A DNA stretch of 20,000 nucleotides from Eremomyces bilateralis CBS 781.70 (Eukaryota): NCBI GenBank assembly GCA_010015585.1, contig ML975151.1; one strand, 5' to 3'. Each line of letters opens with the position of its first letter. The first letter of the stretch is position 1. Positions 12,200-20,000 of this stretch are shown here, in pieces. Under the pieces are notes generated by a model, which ran no database searches, was not told where the DNA came from, and saw only the letters and a list, made by a program, of their open reading frames with translations. The translations under genes and the position numbers were made by a program.

Positions 12200-14926
12200 A
12201 TGCCAACTGACGACCAGCTGGCCGACGCCATCCTCCAGTCCGTCGAAGCCAGCCAATACCCCGACTCCGAAGCCGTCGTCTCCGCCGAGCTCCCACCTTC
12301 CACGTTCCCTACGCTCCTCGATGGCATCGAGCAATCGCGTGCGAAACTAAAGGTATACTAATCATCCCACCCTATCTCGCTCCATTCCCGTCCCTAATAC
12401 TTATCCTCACAGGCCGAAATCCGGCACATCAGCCGTACCTCCACCACCGATATCGACGCCTGGATCGCCCAAGCGCGCCACCTACAGCAGGACATCGACG
12501 ACATCCGCGAGGAGACGCGGCAGATCGACCATGCGACGAACGAGGTGCAGGGGTTGAAAGGGCGGGCGAACGATGCTGGCGCGAAGGTGGGGTTCCTGAA
12601 GACGGAGCTGGCGTTCAATGATGCGCTGGTGGATACGCTAGGGTGCATCCAGCGAGTGTCGGGGGACTTGGACGGGTGTTGGGAGGCGGTAAGGGGGGAT
12701 GATGTGGGGGGTGCGTTGGGGGGGATGGGGAGGGCGGTAAAGGGGATGGGGGATCTGGAGGCGTTTGAGGGAGCGCATTTTGTGGGGTTGTTAAGGGATA
12801 GGGCGAAGCGGGTGCGGGATGATATGGTTGAGACGGTGACGGGTTACTGGTGGGATATCGTGCATGTCAACCAAGAGAAGCGGGCATTGGTGGTCAAGAA
12901 ATCGATAACGAGTTCGTGGTACAGTTATGGACTATGGGGATTGCTGCTGACCTCTGCTAGGGAAATCTGAGATCCTGGCGGAAGATACTGTGAGGTTTGC
13001 GGAACAGCTCGACATTTACGATGATCTGGTGTCGAAACTACAGCATGGACTAGAACGATCGATCATAGCTGCGCGATTCGGTCCTGAAAACGCCGATGAC
13101 TCGGCCGTTTTGAGCGTTGACGACAACACACTCAGCGTATCTACGGACGGAGGTGCTGGAGGCGCGCTCGCCGCTATCGAAGACATCAAAAAGCTCACCC
13201 GATTCCTCAGCTCGGAGCTGCCAACCCAACTGTCGCTCTCCCTCTCCCAGAAACTCGTGGCGTCGCTGACATCCCATCTTGTCTCCACGTGGCTTCAAGA
13301 AGCCATCCCCATCTCCTTGGACGAAATGAATGAGTTCCAACAGCTACTGGACCAAGTGCTCTCCCTTGCTGAACACCTAGAAGGTCTAGGCTGGAGCGGA
13401 AATGAGGAGCTGATCAACTGGGTGGAAACCGCGCCTCGCTCCTGGCTTTCGAAACGGAAGGAGGCGATGCTCGCGGCGGTTCGGACGAGCTGCTATCGGG
13501 GAGTTCGAACGAGAAAAACCGTGGAGCGAGTGGAGACTCAACTGATCTCCCATGAAGACCTCATGGGCCCGCCACCTGATCAGAGTAACGACTGGGACGC
13601 AGAATGGGACAACGATGGCGCGGATGCGGATCAGCAGCCAGCGTCTGAGCCGACGGTAGAGGAAGAAGATATGGATGCGAGTGCTTGGGGTTTGGAAGAG
13701 GAAGGCCAGGACCAGGTGGAGCAGAAACCCGACGAGGATGAGAAAACGGAAAATGATGACGAAGGCGGAGATGAGGCTGATGCCTGGGGATGGGGAGAAG
13801 ATGATGCTGAAGATGCAACGACTGTCAAGGAGTCGGCACCTGCAAAGCCTGCTGCAAGCAAACCACCAGCAGGCCATGTACACGGCAAGGAAGCGGTGCA
13901 TGAGAACAAGGCCGAAGAAATCACACTGCGAGAGACATACACAGTCACTGCCATTCCAGACGAAATACTCCAGCTCATTCAGGAAGTGGTTTCAGATGCG
14001 GAAACACTTTCGCAGGAGAGGTACATCCTCCATTTCTTCTGAGCAACAACGGCTAACTATATTACAGATATGCCGACTCACCCATTGCAGGAGCTGCCAT
14101 GGGTCTCTACTCAATACCTACATTAGCCTTGGCCATGTACCGAGCCACCGCCATCACGTACTACAGCAAAGACAACGCAGGGAATATCCTCGTCTACAAC
14201 GACTGCACCCGTCTTGCCGACCAACTCCACAACTACCTCTCCTCCCTCGCCCAACGCGACGAAACCTCCCCTCTCCCCCCCAAGTCCCGCCCCTCCCAAC
14301 GACTCCGCCTCACCCCCGACCTCCAATCCCTCTCCAGCTTCGGGAAGCGCGCCTATGGCCGCGAAATGGACTCCCAGCGCACCATCCTCAGCGACCTCCT
14401 GGCAGGTGCCCAAGGCTTCGCCCACTGCACCGAGCCGCCCTTCGCCGCCGAATGCGACAGCGCGGTGCGCTTCACTGTCGACCGCATCCGGGAGGTGCAC
14501 GCGGAGTGGCGGCCGATCCTCTCGCACTCGGCGCTGCTGCAGTCGGTCGGGTCGCTGGCTGCAACGGTCATCGGTAAGATGATCCTCGATATCGAAGACA
14601 TGGCGGATATCTCCGAGGAGGAATCGAAGACGCTGAGCGCGCTGTGCGGGGTGGTGACAGGAGTTGGGGAGCTATTCGTGCAGCGAGACGACGCGGGGGA
14701 GGAGCGGGATATGACGGGAGTGTATACGCCGAATTGGTTCAAGTTTCGGTATCTGATGGAGATTCTAGAGAGTTCGTTGGCAGATATCAAGTTCGCGTGG
14801 ACGGAGGCGGGATTGCGGGAGGAGTTTGAGGCGGAGGAGGTGGCGGATTTGATCCAGGCGTTGTTTGCGGAGTCGGAGCATAGGAGGAAGGCCATTGCGC
14901 AGATTAGAAGAACGGCGACTGCATAG
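12200..14926 (+). CDS. ZW10: ZW10/Dsl1-family tethering complex subunit (~856 aa). Exons 12200-12352, 12413-12911, 12961-14020, 14068-14926
   Basis: MPTDDQLADAILQSV...AKLK/AEIRHISRTSTTDIDAWIAQAR...; central acidic W-motif region (DWDAEWD, DASAWGLEEE, DAWGWGEDD); C-terminus ...YNDC...DIEDMADISEEES...WFKFRYLMEILESSLADI...VADLIQALFAESEHRRKAIAQI. Spliced length 2571 nt is in frame; the intron 2 donor is GTTCGT. Confidence 0.9.
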
Positions 14927-15182
14927 ATACCCTACCGATCAAGTATTAAACTACAAACAATCCTACGGTCAATCCTATGGCAAATAATTAGCAGATATAA
15001 ATATCAGGGGGATCCCATTCAGCAACCAGCATCAGGGTCTCGCCGCACATCCCTGCATCCCGAATTCTGAATTCTGAAGTCTTGGCGCTGTAATTAATTC
15101 TTCCACCGGATTTTTTTTGACGTTCAACAATTCCGCTCATTGAGATTCGAACTTCCCAAACACAAACTTCTAGAACGCAGTC

Positions 15183-16722
15183 ATGGACGATCAACCCACC
15201 GGCCCGTCCTACCAAGTGAGAGTACGGCTCTCCACTCGCCATGACGATCTTCAGCTGCCCGAGGACAGCCAGACCATTCTCGTCTCGACAAGTTAGTACC
15301 ATGTAAAACCACCTGGGCAACATTGCGATCTCGAACTGCAGACTGACAAGATCGGCAGACCTCAAAAGATATGCTCTTTCAACACTGGTCAACTCGCTCC
15401 TCGAGTCGGAGAAGCCCGTGCCGTTCGAATTCCTCATCAACGGTCAATTTCTGCGGACCACCCTAGATGAGTTTCTCACCGCGAACGGCATATCGGCGGA
15501 AACCACATTATCGGTCGAATATGTTCGTGCGCTGCTGCCGCCGACGCAGACAGCGACGTTCCCTCACGATGACTGGGTGAGCTCGGTGGATGTCCTCTCT
15601 GCAACATCTCCCGCGGCACGATGGACGAGAGACGCCCACATCGACGGCAGCCGACAGCGCATCCTTTCCGGCAGTTACGACGGGCTCGTCCGGGTGTGGA
15701 ACACGTCCTCCGAGCTCGTCGCCACGTCTCCATCGCTCGGAAATGGAGGACATACCGGCGGGGTCAAGTCCGTCAAGTTCCTATCCCCCACAAAGCTCGT
15801 CTCCGCCTCCCTCGACCGCACCATCCGGATATGGAGCTACAAAGAATCCACCACCTCTCCCGCCACCGCGACCATCGACCCCGCCTTCGAGCTCTATGGC
15901 CACCAATCCAGCGTCGACAGTATCGCCGTCCACGGCCCCTCCGGCCGCATCCTCTCCGCCTCCTCCGACCACACCGTCGGCGTCTGGACCGCCCACAAGT
16001 CCTCCGCCCCGGAAGCCCCTACTGACCTCCTCCCCTCCTCCCTCCCCAGCTCCAAGCGCCGCAAACTCTCCCGCGCCGGCCCCACCGTCCCCCAGCGCGG
16101 TCCGCTCGCACTGCTCGCCGGCCACGCCGCTCCGGTCACAGGCGTCGCGTTCTCGCCCACCGCGCCCAACGTCGCGTACTCGGTCTCGCAGGACCACACG
16201 CTGCGCACATGGGATCTGCTAGCGGTGCCGGACGCGCCGAATACAGCGGAGGTGTCGTCGCGGATGGTGGCGCATCCGCTGCTGTCGGTGTGCGTGATGC
16301 CGGGGTTGAGCCTGGTGGCGGCGGGGACGAGCGCGCGGTCGGTGGTATTGATAGATCCGCGGGAGGGGGCGGCGAGGGTGGTGGCGAAGACGTTGAAAGG
16401 GCATGCGAATTCGGTGGTGGCGTTAGCGCAGAGCCCGGTGAGCGAGTATGGGTTGGCCAGTGCGAGTCATGATGGGGAGGTGAGGGTTTGGGATGTGAGG
16501 GGGGGAAGTATCGCAGTGCAGGGTGGGGATTCTCAGGGCGATGAGGGGAAGGGGTTGGTGGTTGAGAGTGTCTTTACGCTACCGAGAGAGAGTATGAAGG
16601 GGAAGCCGCGGAAGGTGGCGGGCGAGGGGGTGAAGGTGCTTGGAATGGCGTGGGATAGGGATATTGGGATCGTGAGTGGTGGAGAGGATAAGATGATACA
16701 GATCAATAGGGAGGCTGAGTAG
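15183..16722 (+). CDS. YTM1: Ribosome biogenesis protein Ytm1/WDR12 (NLE/UBL domain + WD40; ~490 aa). Exons 15183-15291, 15359-16722
   Basis: QVRVRLSTR...ILVST/NLKRYALSTLVNSLLESEKPVPFEFLINGQFLRTTLDEFLTANGISAETTLSVEYVRALLPP...HDDWVSSV...ILSGSYDG...IVSGGEDKMIQIN; intron 15292-15358 (GTTAGT..CTGAC..CAG). Confidence 0.95.
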
Positions 16723-16958
16723 CTGTCTTCTTCTCTAATAATGCAAATGTTACTTCACATTCCAGCTTTGGTTGTATATTAACCCAGCATCTTCTGATCA
16801 ACGTGGCCTGGCGAAGCTATCATTGAGTACGGCGTAGATACGGTAGCCAACCTCCATACCTACTTCGACAACAATAGTAGGTTGTCTAGCAAAGCATTTC
16901 CTAATAACTACCCACCGTTCCTTCAACCGGAAGTTTCCTTTTTCCTTTTATGGAATAT

Positions 16959-17007
16959 CGTTGTGTGCTACCAAAATTGCCTCCAAAAACGGAGGTTTCT
17001 GACGCCG
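16959..17007 (+). repeat. 49-bp direct repeat, copy 1 (copy 2 at 19029-19077)
   Basis: cgttgtgtgctaccaaaattgcctccaaaaacggaggtttctgacgccg vs cgttgtgtgctaccgaacttgcctccaaaaacggctgtttctgacgccg: 45/49 identical, no gaps. Confidence 0.92.
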
Positions 17008-17018
17008 GGACTATCCTA

Positions 17019-17241
17019 ATGAGAAGGGCACACAAGTCGCACCGCTACGCCAAAAAGGATACACCACGAGACTCTGCGTATTGTGAATCGCTCTATACGG
17101 ACGACCTAACCCCAGCATTATACTCTATCACAGACGCGACTAAGAGGGGAGTCGGCTATCTATAGAAGAAGTGGACAGAGTATGTGTTCAAGGTTGAGAT
17201 TTACCAAGTTCCTGACTGTCTATAACTCTGATCAGATATTT
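17019..17241 (+). pseudogene. Decayed 5' gene fragment (exon 17019-17179, intron 17180-17235), possibly the N-terminus of a DUF3435 tyrosine recombinase (Starship captain-like)
   Basis: MRRAHKSHRYAKKDTPRDSAYCESLYTDDLTPALYSITDATKRGVGYL*KKWTE/Y with a GTATGT donor and CAG acceptor; internal TAG at 17163 (plausible CAG>TAG). The family guess rests on recalled N-terminal architecture only. Confidence 0.4.
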
Positions 17242-17326
17242 TTGGTGGTAGTAGCAAATATTCAACTGAGAACGTTGAAGACTGAAGTGGGGAAAGGTTC
17301 CGTGTGAACAGCAGTTGGACACGGGT
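17242..17326 (+). rRNA. Isolated ~85-bp fragment of 28S/25S LSU rRNA gene (non-functional insertion)
   Basis: TTGGTGGTAGTAGCAAATATTCAACTGAGAACGTTGAAGACTGAAGTGGGGAAAGGTTCCGTGTGAACAGCAGTTGGACACGGGT matches the conserved eukaryotic LSU segment starting at the LR7 primer site (AGATCTTGGTGGTAGTA). The flanks are not rDNA. Confidence 0.93.
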
Positions 17327-17402
17327 CGCTCCGAATCTCTGACCCCGATGCCCGCCTGCGAGACATCAGCAGACGTCGCGAAGCTCCGTATAAAGGTTTC
17401 AA

Positions 17403-18750
17403 TTATATATCCTTCAATATCTTGATGGTCCTAGCCTCGAATCCGCATTAATCCCACAATTATGTAAGTGCGTGTCTCATACCGGGGCCAGTCCGCATCC
17501 GTTAGCTCTAACAAAAGCGAAATAGTGCGCAGATCAGGTTTAAGGGCACTCCAGTCTTCCAGTCATAGTGCGATGATGTTGTAAAGCGCCGTATCATCTT
17601 ATTCATTCTCTTCTTGCTCTTCTAAGTTGTCGGCGGCGATAATCAAGGACTGAATATGCCTAGGAGCCACGTCTTTGAGCTGGACCGCGGTGGCCGGTAT
17701 GAAACTAGCTGCCAAGAACTGCAATGGGATCTCAAGCCTTTCTAGTTGACAGAAACCAACGAGAGCATTTAAAGATCCCTTTGTGTTCAGAAGTGGAGGG
17801 TAAAGGTACCTCCAACTGTCACATTGCGTGGAAATAGTCAACTCTGTTAACGTATTGCGAACGTGAAATAGAGAGGTCCCAACCTTATCAAGTTCAACCA
17901 GGGATGTATTTGGCGCATGTTTGGCTTCTTCGCTGTAGTTGAACACCCATCGTAGAGTTTTGAGTTCCGGAGTCACCGAGAGCAGACGAGAGAGATGTGT
18001 CTCTCGGATTGAAGCCAAGCTAAATGATGTGATTGTTGACGGGTTAGGGGACATGTGTATAGGCCAGTTCAACGTGACCGAATTATTGAGAAACGGAAAG
18101 ACGCTGGACTTTTAGCAAGTATAAAAGGGTAGGACATTCGCACTGTTTCTACCATAGACATCCCCAAGATAATGATAGTCTCTAAGCTTATAAGTCACTT
18201 CCCGGAGATGCTGAAAAGTGGGCAACCCATGGTCGCCTTTCTTGCATACAGCCGAGTTAAGGAGCATACCCAAGAAGCACACTCTGTTTTGCAGAGTTTG
18301 GACCGAGAATGAGATATCTCAGGTAGTGTAGCTGTGACAACAGAAGCGCGACAAATGCATCCATCGTGCCGCTGCGGAGTTCCTTACCCAACGATGAGCG
18401 TAAGTCACCCTGGTCGTCTCGATGACTTCCACGGTATCGTTCAGGCTCAACCCAGCAATGGGGATTTTGGGAGGAGCATCGCCCTGATACGGCCCAGGGA
18501 ATGATTACCTCCAAGGAGAGCCACGCTTCGAACATAAGCGGCTGTCTCCGGTCTACGCAGGATGGTGCGCAAAAAAGCAGCAATATGAGGAGGATCTTCT
18601 GGCCATGACCATCCGATTTTCGAGTACAGAAAAGGTACAGTAGTTGCACGTGAGCCTTTACTAACGAGAGACAATGCATGGAGATCGGCTCGCGATGTGT
18701 ATTAGTTGGAGTACAGGGCCCAAGACATCATCTCCAAGGGGGACCAACAG
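17403..18750 (-). pseudogene. Pseudogene of a fungal F-box-type (F-box + LRR-like) protein
   Basis: Joined across frames: SRADLHALSLVSKGSRATTVPFLYSKI...FLRTILRRPETAAYVRSV / ELRSGTMDAFVALLLSQLHYLRYL / LPTFQHLREV / IRETHLSRLLSVTPELKTLRW...QLERLEIPLQFL...ENE*DD...AL*LEDW. Several frameshifts, and stops at 17601, 17565, 17462 and 17450. The 5' end is approximate. Confidence 0.75.
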
Positions 18751-19028
18751 AGACTCTCGTAGGACTATCTGTTATATATCAGCATTTGGTATCTGTTCGC
18801 CAACGTGCGTCAGCCTGCATACCTGCCTCGTCATTTGCGACGACATGAGGTGAAGCGTAAGGGAGTGGGGTAAGATTTCGGATCATCTTTCGCGCAGACT
18901 TGTAATGAAGTCAGAACCTCAAAGATAGGCGTATCTTACATACGGTTTCATTCGTGATACCTAATCTACAGGAAAGGAAGAAGGAAAGGTAAGATGGGGC
19001 GTTGTAGTGATAGAGAAGTACGCAGTAG

Positions 19029-19077
19029 CGTTGTGTGCTACCGAACTTGCCTCCAAAAACGGCTGTTTCTGACGCCG
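19029..19077 (+). repeat. 49-bp direct repeat, copy 2
   Basis: 45/49 identical to 16959-17007, same orientation, offset 2070 bp. Confidence 0.92.
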
Positions 19078-19124
19078 TTTTCAGAGGGTTTTCCGCCTAG
19101 GCGAAACGCTCCTATTTCGTTAAT

Positions 19125-19424
19125 AGATGCTTCCGCAAAGTCAAGTACTGCGTCTAGGACGTAGCTGTCAACTGTCCAGCTCTTGGTTCTTCCTTGATCC
19201 TAAGGTCTCCCTCTAAGCATTCCGGTGATACTGTTGAAAGCGTCTCCTATCTTCTTCTGAGGCTGTTGTCTTAGCTCTCTGGGATTCGGACAGTCCACTA
19301 GGACATGTACCACCGTCTCTCTTGCTCCGCATTCGTATTAGTCATCATCTCGAAAGCCGTGGATTTTGGCATGAGATGCAAGCCACGAGTGCCCTGTTCT
19401 GAGCTGCGTTAGTAGGTATGTACG
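19125..19424 (-). mobile_element. Non-LTR retrotransposon (Tad1-like LINE) ORF2 C-terminal remnant with zinc-knuckle region
   Basis: RTYLLTQLRTGHSWLASHAKIHGFRDDD*YECGARETVVHVLVDCPNPRELRQQPQKKIGDAFNSITGMLRGRP*DQGRTKSWTVDSYVLDAVLDFAEAS. QLRTGH and (C)xC...ETVxHVLxDC are characteristic of the fungal LINE ORF2 end; two in-frame stops. Confidence 0.88.
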
Positions 19425-19656
19425 CCCTGTTCCTCTGTCGAGACTGCCAGAGCAGCAAGCAGGGGAGACGGGATGGGAGAGGCACTATTCCTTAAACACT
19501 CTGAATAATAGCACCAATCAGGTTTTAAAGCCTTTGGATTTCTAATCAAACATTACTCATCGGCTATCGCCACTCGTGCTATTCATGTAGTATATAAAAG
19601 ACACCATCTGTAAGGAAGGTGGGCGGGGAGGAGGTTAAATAAAGCTTAAGGAAATA

Positions 19657-20000
19657 TCACAAAGTAAATTCCATGGTCATAACTCTTCCAGATAAATATC
19701 CGAAAGCAACAATATCCCCATACACAGCAATGCAGTGTGGCCGATACTCGGGAGGAAGCCAAAGGATCCGCTCTGTATGGCTACTCACCCAGTGGTCATT
19801 GACAAAGATAGAAGATGGATGTTGTATACTGGTCACACCTATATCACCAGAGAGAGGTGGTAAAATAGGCAAGGATCCACGGTCCGTCTGGAGAGAGGTA
19901 CCGTCATCGGAGAAAGAGAGAGCGTAGACGATGTTTCCAATATCGAGCGTCTGCCGCAGCGCGCCCGACCCGGCGTCCCACAGCTTGACCGTCCCGTCCC
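19657..20000 (-). CDS. C-terminus of a HET-E/NWD-type NACHT-WD40 protein (fungal NLR); gene extends beyond the right edge
   Basis: Open frame DGTVKLWDAGSGALRQTLDIGNIVYALSFSDDGTSLQTDRGSL...SIFVNDHWV...RILWLPPEYRPHCIAVYGDIVAFGYLSGRVMTMEFTL*. The last WD repeat plus the LWLPPEYRP...GRV tail is typical of NWD proteins; the NACHT domain itself is not visible in the window. Confidence 0.85.
   Translation of the reverse strand, partial: DGTVKLWDAGSGALRQTLDIGNIVYALSFSDDGTSLQTDRGSLPILPPLSGDIGVTSIQHPSSIFVNDHWVSSHTERILWLPPEYRPHCIAVYGDIVAFGYLSGRVMTMEFTL

Noticed and set aside
13386..16472. Alternative-frame Pro/Ser/Arg/Gly-rich ORFs over ZW10 and YTM1
   Set aside because: By-products of the extreme C- or G-skew, which depletes stop codons.
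16859..16890. Small hairpins followed by CTAG, suggestive of a Helitron 3' end
   Set aside because: Stems are only 6 bp and not GC-rich, CTAG overlaps the stem and is not followed by T, and no Helitron coding sequence is seen.
16950..17018. ORF-track start at 16950 (MEYRCVLPK...)
   Set aside because: Translates through the 49-bp repeat; the ATG at 17019 is the more plausible start of the relic.
17242..17326. A functional rRNA gene or rDNA array edge
   Set aside because: Only ~85 bp match; no flanking LSU, ITS or 5.8S sequence.
16959..19077. CRISPR array or LTR retrotransposon interpretation of the direct repeats
   Set aside because: Eukaryotic context, only two copies 2 kb apart, no TG...CA LTR ends, and no gag/pol between them.

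Overview
Eukaryotic (filamentous ascomycete, Pezizomycotina) genomic DNA with spliceosomal introns. Bases 1-16722 hold five intact housekeeping genes: pyruvate carboxylase (minus, runs off the left edge), clathrin heavy chain (minus, 6 exons), eIF3 subunit j (plus, 4 exons), a ZW10/Dsl1 tethering subunit (plus, 4 exons) and the ribosome biogenesis protein YTM1 (plus, 2 exons). After YTM1 the sequence changes abruptly into a degenerate accessory/mobile region. It contains a 49-bp imperfect direct repeat (16959 and 19029) and a decayed first exon plus intron resembling the N-terminus of DUF3435 tyrosine-recombinase ('Starship captain') genes. That gene relic is cut by an ~85-bp piece of 28S rDNA with its helices intact. 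Further along are an F-box-type pseudogene, a RIP-like mutated 3' fragment of a Tad1-like LINE, and the C-terminus of a HET-E-like NACHT-WD40 (NLR) gene running off the right edge. Exon boundaries were assigned by eye from GT/AG sites, branch sites and frame continuity; family assignments are from recognition, not database searches.
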